This document shows positions 36,225-44,974 of a stretch of DNA of 52,953 nucleotides, one piece after another. Position 1 is the stretch's first letter, and each line of letters begins with the position of its first letter. The notes below the pieces were generated by a model. That model was not told where the DNA came from. It did not search any database and saw only the letters and a list, made by a program, of their open reading frames with translations. The position numbers and the translations under genes are program-made. Source of the stretch: Hyphomicrobiaceae bacterium (GTDB lineage Bacteria; Pseudomonadota; Alphaproteobacteria; Rhizobiales; Hyphomicrobiaceae); assembly GCA_046713545.1 (NCBI GenBank), contig JBKKCB010000297.1, positions 1 to 52,953 of the forward strand, read 5' to 3'.

Positions 36225-37175
36225 TCAATTGGCGTGAGCGTACGCCGTGTGCAACGTCCTGCGCGCGGCGACCTCGCGCCCGAGATCGTCGAGATCGCGC
36301 TGGACGGCGGCAATGCCGCGCGAAATCAGCTCGTCGGCCTGATGGAAGTCGAAAAGTCCGATTCCGCCCAGGCGTGGATTGATGATCGCATCGGGCGGAT
36401 CACCCGCTAGCCGTGACCGTGCGATGCGATCCTGGACGATATTGAAGGCATCCACCATGACGGTCGAGATGCCAGGGCCGGTATTGCCGCTGCCGAAGAT
36501 CTGGCGCTGCAGCAGCTTTCTCGCGGCGCGCCCGTTCTTGCCTTTCAGTGTTCCTTTGGCGGCGGCTTCCTCCGCAGACACCGGCACAGCCTCGGCGTCG
36601 GCAATCACGGTGCCCCGGCCACCCAGGTCCGAGTTGAGGTTGACGGCAATGACGTAGCGTGCGCCGAGCGCTCGGCAAACGGATACCGGAACGGGATTGA
36701 CGAGCGCGCCGTCGAAGAGCCAGCGGCCGTTCACGTTGACCGGCTTGAAGATGCCGGGCAGCGCATAGGACGCACGCATCGAATCCACCAGCCGCCCGCG
36801 TGACATCCATACTTCGTGGCCGGTACCGATCTCGGTCGCGACAGCCACGAAACGCGTTGCAAGTTCCTCGATATGCATATCGCGCAGATGGCCATCGAGC
36901 CGATCGACCAGCCTCTGGCCCGTAATCAAACCGGATCCCGAAAGATTGAAATCGAGGTAGCCGAACACCTTGCGCCGCGTCAGATCGCGCGCGAAACCTT
37001 CCAGTTCGTCCAGACGTCCCGCCGCATAGCACCCACCCACGACGGCGCCGATGGATGTTCCTGCCACGATGTCCGGGACGATTCCCGACTGGGCCAGAGC
37101 CCGCAGGACTCCGATGTGGGCCCAGCCACGGGCGGCTCCCCCACCCAAAGCGATGCCAATCTTTCCATACGCCAT
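36225..37175 (-). CDS. Patatin-like phospholipase family protein (RssA-like)
   Basis: The ATG at 37175 gives MAYGKIGIALGGGAARGWAHIGVL (oxyanion GGGxRG), the GTSIGA nucleophile motif, and DGALVNPVP (catalytic Asp). Confidence 0.9.
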   Translation of the reverse strand: MAYGKIGIALGGGAARGWAHIGVLRALAQSGIVPDIVAGTSIGAVVGGCYAAGRLDELEGFARDLTRRKVFGYLDFNLSGSGLITGQRLVDRLDGHLRDMHIEELATRFVAVATEIGTGHEVWMSRGRLVDSMRASYALPGIFKPVNVNGRWLFDGALVNPVPVSVCRALGARYVIAVNLNSDLGGRGTVIADAEAVPVSAEEAAAKGTLKGKNGRAARKLLQRQIFGSGNTGPGISTVMVDAFNIVQDRIARSRLAGDPPDAIINPRLGGIGLFDFHQADELISRGIAAVQRDLDDLGREVAARRTLHTAYAHAN

Positions 37176-37345
37176 TGTTGACCCCACAGGCGTTCTGCCG
37201 TTCCGCCTCTCGCAGGAGCGAGAAAGGGGTGCAGCCGCTTGGTCTTTCGACTTTGAATGAATTCTAGCGCGATGAAATTAAGTTTGCGCTACCCTTGGTC
37301 AACGAGCAGGGAGGCGCCGAACCGCTTTCAATTTGTCGTGAGCCG

Positions 37346-37768
37346 TTAACGGCAGGCCGGTTCGAGGGCTGTCGTTGAGGCCCCGACCGGAACGCGACGG
37401 TAGAAACAGCTGTATTGGCCCGTATGGCAAGCGGCTCCCTTGCCGCGCAGGCGGACGCGCAGCCAGATGGCGTCCTGGTCGCAATCGGTGCGCACTTCGA
37501 TGACGGCCATGGTGTTTCCGCTTTCTTCACCTTTGCGCCAGAGCCGACCCCGGGAGCGGCTGAAGAAATGCGCCTCGGCGGTCTCGATGGTGCGCTGTAG
37601 AGCGTCGGCATTCATCCAGGCCAGCATCAGCACGTCGCCCGTGTCGGCGTCCGTGGCAATGGCGGGCATAAGTCCCGCCGCGTCGAACTTCGGCATGAAC
37701 GTCAGGCCCGCCTCGATTTCGGCGGTTGTGCCGCGCTGGGCGAAAGGCTGGGCAGCGGTCCCGGCCAT
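37346..37768 (-). CDS. hisI: Phosphoribosyl-AMP cyclohydrolase
   Basis: 140 aa. [19 protein letters not shown]...[13 protein letters not shown]...[14 protein letters not shown] is the HisI signature. Confidence 0.93.
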   Translation of the reverse strand: MAGTAAQPFAQRGTTAEIEAGLTFMPKFDAAGLMPAIATDADTGDVLMLAWMNADALQRTIETAEAHFFSRSRGRLWRKGEESGNTMAVIEVRTDCDQDAIWLRVRLRGKGAACHTGQYSCFYRRVPVGASTTALEPACR

Positions 37769-37816
37769 GGCTGAGGCTCCAAAGGGTTGATAGGCAACTC
37801 ACCAGCACGGTCCGCC

Positions 37817-38470
37817 CTATCCTCGGCGTACCGCGTGTACCATCTGCAGGAAGCGATCGCGATAACTGGAATCCTGCTCGAACACGCCGCTGAAACGCGT
37901 CGTGATCGTCGACACGCCCGGCTTGTGGATGCCGCGGGTCGACATGCATTGGTGCTCGGCTTCGATCAGCACGGCCACGCCGCGCGGCGCAAGTGCGATT
38001 TCTATCGCATCTGCAACTTGGGCTGTCAGGGTCTCCTGCGTTTGCAGGCGCTTGGAAAAAATATCCACGGCGCGGGCCAGCTTGGACAGCCCGACGACGC
38101 GGTTCTGCGGCAAGTACGCGATATGCGCCACGCCGATGAAGGGTGCAATATGATGTTCGCAATGGCTCTCGACGCGAATGTCACGCAGCATGACCATATC
38201 GTCGTAGCCGGCGACATCCTCAAATGTGCGTGAGAGAACATCGACCGCGTCAGCGTCGTATCCGGAAAAGTACTCCTGGTACGCGGCCGCGACCCGGCCC
38301 GGCGTGTCGCGAAGACCTTCGCGTTCAGGGTCGTCCCCGGCCCACGCCAAGAGCGTGCGCACGGCCTCTTCGGCTTCGTCGCGTGAGGGGCGCCGAACAG
38401 CACGGCGCCCGCCCGCGGGCACGGCCGAGGTCTTTTTGAGCGTTCGATCCATCGCGTTCCTGTGCTTCAA
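37817..38470 (-). CDS. folE: GTP cyclohydrolase I
   Basis: 217 aa. [16 protein letters not shown] and CMSTRG motifs. The start may be the internal ATG at 38452. Confidence 0.95.
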   Translation of the reverse strand: MKHRNAMDRTLKKTSAVPAGGRRAVRRPSRDEAEEAVRTLLAWAGDDPEREGLRDTPGRVAAAYQEYFSGYDADAVDVLSRTFEDVAGYDDMVMLRDIRVESHCEHHIAPFIGVAHIAYLPQNRVVGLSKLARAVDIFSKRLQTQETLTAQVADAIEIALAPRGVAVLIEAEHQCMSTRGIHKPGVSTITTRFSGVFEQDSSYRDRFLQMVHAVRRG

Positions 38471-38637
38471 CTATGCTCGCAACCACTGGTGCTGGCGCGG
38501 CAGTTCTTGCAAATGTCCCATCAGCACGCAATATCAGGCATTAGCTACCTGCGGCCGCGAGCATCTACAGGCAAGTGCCGGGCGTATAGTATGTCGGGTC
38601 CGCCCGTGCAAGGGAAGCAGAGAGGGCGCAGGAGCCG

Positions 38638-39090
38638 ATGACTGACCTGAGCGAGATCTACAACTCCCGCATTATCGAGTTGGCAGCCGGCATTGCCCCT
38701 GCGCGTCGACTGGCGGACGCTGATGCCACGGCATCTGCCCACTCGAAGCTGTGCGGTTCCACCGTCGTCGTCGATCTGAAGGTGCGGGACGGGCGTGTGG
38801 CGGAATACGCTCAGACTGTCAAAGCCTGTCTCCTTGGCCAGGCCTCGGCGTCGATCGTGGAGCACAACATCGTCGGTACGCCGACGGACGAACTGCGGCG
38901 CGTGGCAGCCGAAATGAGGCGCATGCTCAAAGAGGGCGGGAGCCCTCCGGGGGGGCGCTGGGCCGACCTCGCCGTGCTGGAGCCGGTCCGCGCCGTGAAA
39001 GCGCGGCACGCCTCGACGCTGCTTGTTTTCGATGCCGTCGAAAAGGCGCTCGACAGCATCACCGCAAAAGAGACGTCTGCCATCGCGTGA
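38638..39090 (+). CDS. Iron-sulfur cluster assembly scaffold protein (NifU N-terminal/IscU-like, alphaproteobacterial short form)
   Basis: 150 aa. YNSRIIELAA, SKLCGSTVVVDL and VKACLLGQASAS resemble the NifU-N-like scaffold family. Confidence 0.7.
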   Translation: MTDLSEIYNSRIIELAAGIAPARRLADADATASAHSKLCGSTVVVDLKVRDGRVAEYAQTVKACLLGQASASIVEHNIVGTPTDELRRVAAEMRRMLKEGGSPPGGRWADLAVLEPVRAVKARHASTLLVFDAVEKALDSITAKETSAIA

Positions 39091-39098
39091 TTGGTGCG

Positions 39099-39419
39099 AT
39101 GCAAGGATCGGCAACCCTCATCGATAAAATAGCAAAGGCGCTCGCGAGCGCTCCCATCCACGTGTACCGGTGGACATTGAAGCCGTTGCTCGGTCACGAG
39201 TGCCGGCATCTCCCGACCTGTTCGGAGTATGCACTTGAAGCCATCCGGATCAACGGCGCCTGGCGCGGGATGTGGCTTGCGGCATCGCGGGTCGGCAGTT
39301 GCCACCCATGGGGCACTGCCGGGTTCGACCCAGTCCCCGACATTCGCTTGGTGCGTCATCCCTGTGCACCGTGGCGCTTCGGGAGGTACAGGCAGGCTCG
39401 TCGCCGATCGCGTCGTTGA
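39099..39419 (+). CDS. yidD: Membrane protein insertion efficiency factor YidD
   Basis: The ATG at 39099 lies 8 nt after the previous stop. YRWTLKPLLGHECRHLPTCSEYALEAIRINGAWRGMWLAASRVGSCHPW is the YidD signature, followed by a basic C-terminal tail. Confidence 0.9.
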   Translation: MQGSATLIDKIAKALASAPIHVYRWTLKPLLGHECRHLPTCSEYALEAIRINGAWRGMWLAASRVGSCHPWGTAGFDPVPDIRLVRHPCAPWRFGRYRQARRRSRR

Positions 39420-39430
39420 CGCGTGCTACG

Positions 39431-40444
39431 TCAACGCTCGCCCAGTCGTCGCAGGCGCTCCGCGGCCTCAGGTGCACCCAGTTCACGCGCGCGCTCATAC
39501 CAACGGCGTGCTGCCTGTGGATCGGGCCGCAGCCCCGTGGCGCTGATGCGTCCCAGTTCGGCTGGGTCGAAAGAGGCCGCCATGGCAAGTGCACCTTCGT
39601 GCAGGCCTGCGTCCACGGCACGCTGGTAGTAGAGCCGCGCGGTAGCGACGTCCCCTTCACCCAGCAACTCATTGCCCTTGGCGATAAACCGCAGCGCGCG
39701 CCGCTGCTCGTCCGTGCGCACGGGTTCGGCCGGTGCGTTGGGTGGCACGGTTCGAGCCGTCGATCCCGTCGCTCCCTTATCGGGGGACGTCGAGACCGAA
39801 GGGCCAATCGAGGCCACGGTTTTTGGTTGAGGTTCGGGCTTGTCGGTGGCGCCCGGCAAGGCTGTTGCAATGACGAGGCTCGACCTCGCTTCCGTCAACA
39901 CCACACCCTCAACTGTGACGAGGGCCACGACGATATCGGAACGTCCGGCAAGTCCAACAGGCACGCTGATACGCAGCGTCGGCAGGCCTGCAAACGGCAC
40001 CGCCCAGGCTCCCGGCGCGATCGAATGCCCCTCCGAAAGGGACACAGCCGTTGGCAATCCGCGGATGCGTACGAACGTGTTTTTCGGGAGTGCCTCTGCG
40101 GGCCCGACTTGGATCGGCAATGGCGTTTCGGTTGCCGGCTCGGCCAGAATAACGGTGCCGACATTGATGACCAAGGCACCCTGCCCCCGCACCTGTGCCA
40201 GGGTCAGACGGCCATCGAATGCGGGCTGCAGAGCAAACGGTGGGCCTGTCCTCGGCAAAACCGTCGTCACGTTGGCAGCTGCATCCGCTCCCGGCACCCC
40301 AGCGGCGATTGCGAGCAGCATCACGTAGCCGAGCGTGCGCGCCGTGTGCCGGCTGTCACGCGCATTGCACGGTGCTAAATCACGCGCGATGCACGATTCC
40401 GCCTCCCGATCGTTGCCTCGTATGCCACCCCTCGAGCTTTGCAC
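39431..40444 (-). CDS. Secreted protein: unassigned conserved N-terminal domain + Pro/Ser/Thr-rich linker + C-terminal Sel1-like repeats (copy 1)
   Basis: The C-terminus GDVATARLYYQRAVDAGLHEGALAMAASFDPAEL...PDPQAARRWYERARELGAPEAAERLRRLG is Sel1/TPR-like. It is a paralogue of 41668-42615. The start is uncertain (40444 or ATG/GTG near 40321-40324). Confidence 0.75.
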   Translation of the reverse strand: MQSSRGGIRGNDREAESCIARDLAPCNARDSRHTARTLGYVMLLAIAAGVPGADAAANVTTVLPRTGPPFALQPAFDGRLTLAQVRGQGALVINVGTVILAEPATETPLPIQVGPAEALPKNTFVRIRGLPTAVSLSEGHSIAPGAWAVPFAGLPTLRISVPVGLAGRSDIVVALVTVEGVVLTEARSSLVIATALPGATDKPEPQPKTVASIGPSVSTSPDKGATGSTARTVPPNAPAEPVRTDEQRRALRFIAKGNELLGEGDVATARLYYQRAVDAGLHEGALAMAASFDPAELGRISATGLRPDPQAARRWYERARELGAPEAAERLRRLGER

Positions 40445-40498
40445 GATGCCCCCCGGAAGTTACCCACCACCGCCCGGTGTCGTCGCATCCATTCCCGC

Positions 40499-41638
40499 CT
40501 ACTGCTTCGCTTGCTGCCGGCTCCATTCCAGAAACCGCTGAAACAGACGTTCCTGCTCGTTTGTGTCACCCGGCGCTACACGGGCCGCCTGCTTGCGGGC
40601 GAGATCGGGGTCGATGCGGACCGAAGAGGTCGTCCGTGACCGCGATGCCTCTCCGTCAAGCCATTCCTGCGCAGCCGCAAACCGCTTCCAGCCCTTGACC
40701 GGGGTTGAGAGGTTCGTTTCTCGCCATTTCGCGTGGCGTGGCGGCTTCCGGAAATCTTCGAACTTGCCCAGGAACGCCTCCGTGAACTTGGCGACGCGCC
40801 GATAGCGATCCGTATTGGCGGGCCATGCGTAGCACGCGAGGATGGCGCCGACGGCAATGGTATCCACCACCTGGCCTTGCGGGATGAGTCCGGGGTAGTC
40901 CTCGTGTGTCAGCTTGGCGGGGAAGTAACCCGTCTCGAGGGCCTCGGTATAGGTCACCGGCAACAGCTTCAAGCCGGGTTCTGCCTGCAGCTTGGCATAT
41001 GCGGCCGTGGGCTTGCCTCCGATCAGAACCGTGGCAGCGATTTCACCGGACTTTACCTGCAGGAAGCCATCGGCCTGTCCCATGTTCACTTCTTGGGGTT
41101 TGATGCCGAGCGCTTCGAAGATCAGGCGGGTGGAGAACTGCGTGCCGCTGCCGGCGTCGCTGTAGTTGACTTTCTTGCCGTTCAGATCCGCAATCGTGTT
41201 GATGCCGGAGCCTGCAAGAATGTGCATCTCCTCGTTGTAGAGCTTGGCGATGTAGTGCATCCGGTCGTCGATGTTGGCGCCGAACTCCGGAGTCTTCTTG
41301 AGGAAGCTCATGATGTCGGACTGGGTGATGCCGAGATCGACACCCTTCAAATGGAGAATGTCCTTCACGTTCTGGAATGCGCCTTTACCCACGACGGGCA
41401 GTACACGCAGGTCGTCGCCGCTATCCAATACGGCAGACATGTCATACGCGAAGAAGAGATAGGTGCCGTTCGGGTTTCCGGAAATGACGGTCACCGTGTT
41501 CTGGTTCAGGCGCTCCGAAAGAGCCTGCTGCGCTGGTGACTTGGAGAGAGGGGGGCGCTTCGGGTCCTGGGCCGGGGAAGCACCTGGCAACAGTCCCATC
41601 GCCAAGCCCGCGGTGAGTGCATAAGCATACCAACGCAT
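40499..41638 (-). CDS. TAXI-like periplasmic solute-binding protein, orphan (copy 1)
   Basis: 379 aa. Signal peptide ...LPGASPAQD. VTVISGNPNGTYLFFAYDMSAVLD resembles the TAXI GTGGTGGTYYPLG region. It has a type-II SBP-like layout and a paralogue at 42654-43880. Confidence 0.65.
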   Translation of the reverse strand: MRWYAYALTAGLAMGLLPGASPAQDPKRPPLSKSPAQQALSERLNQNTVTVISGNPNGTYLFFAYDMSAVLDSGDDLRVLPVVGKGAFQNVKDILHLKGVDLGITQSDIMSFLKKTPEFGANIDDRMHYIAKLYNEEMHILAGSGINTIADLNGKKVNYSDAGSGTQFSTRLIFEALGIKPQEVNMGQADGFLQVKSGEIAATVLIGGKPTAAYAKLQAEPGLKLLPVTYTEALETGYFPAKLTHEDYPGLIPQGQVVDTIAVGAILACYAWPANTDRYRRVAKFTEAFLGKFEDFRKPPRHAKWRETNLSTPVKGWKRFAAAQEWLDGEASRSRTTSSVRIDPDLARKQAARVAPGDTNEQERLFQRFLEWSRQQAKQ

Positions 41639-41667
41639 CGATCAATCCCCTGTTTTGCGCTCCACCA

Positions 41668-42615
41668 TTAGCGAGATCCGAGCTGCTTGAGCCTGTCTTC
41701 AGCCTCCAAGGCGCCGAGTTGGCGCGCCCGTTCATACCATTTGCGTGCAATCTGCGTGTCCGGCTGCACAAACCGTGCACCGATGCGCTCGAGTTCGGCT
41801 GGGTCGTACGTTGCCGCCAGCGCCAACGCACCTTGTGCCAGTCCGACGTCCGCAGCGCGTTGAAAGAAGAGCCGCGCTGCCGCCACGTTGCCTTGGCCCA
41901 GTTGCTCGTTCCCCCTGTTGATGAAGGGAAGAGCGCGCTGCTGCTCATCGGTCGTCGGGGATGTCTGGGATGACTGCGGGCGCGCCGTCGGCTCAGCGCT
42001 TCGCAGCGTGGACGACGCAGGGCCAAGCGACGCGACGCTCTTGGACTGAGGCTCCGTCTCACTCGGTGCAATCAATGCGGCGGCAGCGATCACGAGTGCG
42101 GTCTTTGTTTCCGCGACGACCGTGCCGTCCACGGTGACCAGGGCAACTGTCACGTCGGATTTACCGGCAAGCCCGACGGGCAAGGTGATCTTGAGGTTGG
42201 GCAGCGCGATGATCGGGATCGCCCACGCCCCCGGCGCAATGGAGTGGCCCTCCGTCAGCGCGGCCGCCGGTGGAAGCCCCCGGATGCGGATGAAGCTGTT
42301 GCGTGCGATCGCATCGGTTGGCCCAACCTGAATCGGAAGGGGTGTTTCGCCGGCAGGTTCTGCCAGAATGACCTTGCTGACATTCAGGACCGGCTGCTGA
42401 CGTTGGCCTTGTACGAGGAGAACGGATGGCGCCTGGCTACCGTTGCGATCGGTGGGGACAAGCTCCTGGAACACGCGCGCGCCGCCGGTGGCCTTGGCCA
42501 CGCCGACGGCCGATACGCATAAGCTGACCAAAAGCACCGCCGCCAATCCATATTGGCGTTGGTCCCACGGGATACCCCGTTTCAGGTCGCCCCTCTGCCC
42601 CAGAGGGTGCCGCAT
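41668..42615 (-). CDS. Secreted protein: unassigned conserved N-terminal domain + linker + C-terminal Sel1-like repeats (copy 2)
   Basis: 315 aa. It shares VILAEPA.ETPLPIQVGP, IRIRGLP, EGHSIAPGAWA, PVGLAG.SD..VALVTV and the Sel1-like C-terminus with 39431-40444. Confidence 0.8.
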   Translation of the reverse strand: MRHPLGQRGDLKRGIPWDQRQYGLAAVLLVSLCVSAVGVAKATGGARVFQELVPTDRNGSQAPSVLLVQGQRQQPVLNVSKVILAEPAGETPLPIQVGPTDAIARNSFIRIRGLPPAAALTEGHSIAPGAWAIPIIALPNLKITLPVGLAGKSDVTVALVTVDGTVVAETKTALVIAAAALIAPSETEPQSKSVASLGPASSTLRSAEPTARPQSSQTSPTTDEQQRALPFINRGNEQLGQGNVAAARLFFQRAADVGLAQGALALAATYDPAELERIGARFVQPDTQIARKWYERARQLGALEAEDRLKQLGSR

Positions 42616-42653
42616 CGTATTCTCCTTGGAACCGACAGCCGGCCCGCGCTCGG

Positions 42654-43880
42654 CTATTGCTTCCTCTGCTGTTTGCTCCAGTCGATGAACTGCTTGAACA
42701 GCCGCTCTTGCTCGGCCGCATCATTGGGTGCTTCGCGCGCGGCCTGCGACCGTGCCAGCCCCGTATCGATGCGCGCTGGCCGCGCCGAGGCGGGCTGTTG
42801 GGCCGCGGTGGCGGCCGTTGTCTGGTTCAACTTGTCCTGCAGGGGCTGGAAGCGCTTCCAGCCCGGCACCGACGCCGCCAGATTCACGTCCTTCCACTTG
42901 GGATGATACCCGGGCTCGGTCTGAAGCTTCGGGAACCGGTCAAAGAGGTAGTCGACGACCCGCAGCATTCGGCGATAGCGATCGGTGTCTGCGGGCCAAT
43001 CGTAGACCGCAAGCAAAGCGGGTACGGCGACGGTCTCTACGCGCTGGCCTTCGCGAATGAGCGCGGGGTAGTCCGCATGCTCGAGGTAAGCTGGCATATA
43101 GTAGTCGAGCTTGTCGCTGTACTCGATCGGCAGGAACTTGAAGCCCGGAGGAAAACTGCCCTTCAGGAATTGGGGCAAGGGCTTGGAGGATATCCAGAAC
43201 GTGGCGGCAAACTTGTCGCCCTTTTTCATTTCCTCCATGGCGACCTGATGCGGAACGAACTTGGCGTCGATCTTGATGCCCAGGCGCTCGAAGATGATCG
43301 GGCCGCTGTAGGCGGCAGCCGTTCCTTCGGTGTTGAAATTCACCGTCTTGCCGGCGAGATCCTGCAGCGAATTGATTTCTGGCCGCACAAAAATATGCGC
43401 TTCAGACGGAAACAGGCTGACGAGATAGTTGATGCGCTTGGAGATACCGGCGATTTCCGGCGTCTTCTTGAAATGCTCGAGCACGTCGCCGTAGACGATG
43501 GCCGCGTCAACCCCGCGCAGATAGAGCAGATCGAAAATGTTGTCGAACGGTCCGCGTGTGACGATCGGCAGGACCCGCATGTTGTCGCCGTCGTCCAGCA
43601 CACGCGCGAGCTCGGCGGCAAATTGCAGGGGGGCCCCTTCGGTGCGCCCAGCCGCGAGGCCGACGGTCCAGGAGTTGATGGCCTCTTTGCGCTTCTGTTC
43701 GGAATCCGTGCGCAACAGCGGCGCGCGTGGCGCGGCCTTGATCCGGCTATCTCCCGGCCGCGCTGCAGCCTTCGGCCTGGTTTCGGCTTGAGCGAGCGTC
43801 TGGGCCTCAGCGTGCTGGATTTGCACCGCCGCGCTGAATGTCAATGCCAAGATCGCAAGACGGCCTAAGCGCTTACGCAT
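42654..43880 (-). CDS. TAXI-like periplasmic solute-binding protein, orphan (copy 2)
   Basis: 408 aa. Signal peptide ...AVQIQHAEAQ. Collinear similarity with 40499-41638 (MRVLP.V..G.F.N..D...L+GVD, DTDRYRR, GWKRF, ERLF..F..WS.QQ.KQ). Confidence 0.65.
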   Translation of the reverse strand: MRKRLGRLAILALTFSAAVQIQHAEAQTLAQAETRPKAAARPGDSRIKAAPRAPLLRTDSEQKRKEAINSWTVGLAAGRTEGAPLQFAAELARVLDDGDNMRVLPIVTRGPFDNIFDLLYLRGVDAAIVYGDVLEHFKKTPEIAGISKRINYLVSLFPSEAHIFVRPEINSLQDLAGKTVNFNTEGTAAAYSGPIIFERLGIKIDAKFVPHQVAMEEMKKGDKFAATFWISSKPLPQFLKGSFPPGFKFLPIEYSDKLDYYMPAYLEHADYPALIREGQRVETVAVPALLAVYDWPADTDRYRRMLRVVDYLFDRFPKLQTEPGYHPKWKDVNLAASVPGWKRFQPLQDKLNQTTAATAAQQPASARPARIDTGLARSQAAREAPNDAAEQERLFKQFIDWSKQQRKQ

Positions 43881-44045
43881 ACTTCAATGTCTCCGGTTCA
43901 GCCACACGAAACAGCCGGGCGACGTGATGGCATGGAGTGCAGTGCGCATCTCTTATCGCACAGGCGCGACGTTTCACCTTGCTGTCACAACACTTGGAAA
44001 GCGCGACCCGTACGCTTTCGCAGGTTTGCCTCTTGCCGCCCGTCG

Positions 44046-44579
44046 TCACGGACGAATATACGAATAGCCCTTGCCCTGCAGCTCCATCAGGCGCACGACG
44101 CCCGACGGCATCACCTTTGCTTCGCTGATGAGCGTGACCGGCTTGCTTTCCTGCTTGCTCATGTTGGCTTGCGTGTTGGCGCAGGCAATGAATGTCACGT
44201 CGGGCGTTTCCAGCGCCATTGCGGAGATGCGCTGTTTCACGGGACTCGTGTCGTCACGCAACATGTGAAGACCGGGGCCAAACGTCACGATCTCGATGGC
44301 GACCTCTTCGCCCTTCGCCTTGTAGAACTCCACGACGTTGCGCGCGTTGTTGAGGGCCAGGTTCATCAATTGCGGGTTGTTCTCGGCGACCTGAATGGCG
44401 AGCTTGTGAGTCTTGACGCTGCCGTTCTTCGCCACCTTTTTCTGCGCCGATGCCTTCTCCGGCGCTGCGGACTTGGTTCCACTTTGACTGCTCTGCGCCC
44501 AGGATTGAGAGGGCGCATCAGCGACAACGGCGCCCAGGAAAAGGGCGGCCAGGACAAGGAAGGTTTTGGTCATGGGCAT
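44046..44579 (-). CDS. Secreted DsrE/DsrF-like family protein
   Basis: The ATG at 44579 (or 44573) gives signal peptide MPMTKTFLVLAALFLGAVVADAPSQSWAQ. The core is KLAIQVAENNPQLMNLALNNARNV...IEIVTFGPGLHML...FIACANT...GYSYIRP, with a DsrE-like fold pattern and a Cys in the ACxNT context. Confidence 0.65.
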   Translation of the reverse strand: MPMTKTFLVLAALFLGAVVADAPSQSWAQSSQSGTKSAAPEKASAQKKVAKNGSVKTHKLAIQVAENNPQLMNLALNNARNVVEFYKAKGEEVAIEIVTFGPGLHMLRDDTSPVKQRISAMALETPDVTFIACANTQANMSKQESKPVTLISEAKVMPSGVVRLMELQGKGYSYIRP

Positions 44580-44974
44580 CTTTGCGGTTCCGGCTTCACG
44601 GCACGTCGTGTTGCCGATGGTCGAAGGTCTTGAGTTGGTACGGATACATGAAACGTCGGGCTTCGGGTGCAGAATTCGCTTCTGATCCCTTGAGCCGCGG
44701 CTAATTTTCTCCTGCCCCTCGTAGCCAGCGCGACCGTTGCACACGGGCGCAACGTTCTGGCGTCAGCAACGTACCATCGTGCCAAATTGTCGTCGGATTT
44801 GTGACTTGAAAGCGGAAAATTGGTGGCATAATTCGTCCGTCGCCAGAGCATGCGAAGGCGCGCGCGCCGGGAAGCGGCGCTTGACATCGCACGAGCGCAA
44901 CGGCACAAGCGGCGCCGCACACACACAAATTTCCATCTTACCTGCGTGGTTGGCAGTGAGTGAGAGGAACACCA

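Noticed and set aside
39272-43868. Long plus-strand ORFs (39272-40378, 40733-41539, 42657-43868) opposite the Sel1/TAXI-like cluster
   Set aside because: The minus-strand frames give signal peptides, paralogous pairs and recognisable repeats. The plus-strand translations are Arg/Gly/Asp/His-rich without motifs.
44580-44974. Regulatory leader (T-box or thrS operator-like structure) in the 395-nt region upstream of thrS
   Set aside because: T-boxes are not expected in Alphaproteobacteria. I found no specifier/T-box sequence and no tRNA-Thr anticodon-arm mimic that I could defend. A TTGACA hexamer at about 44884 lacks a convincing -10 partner.
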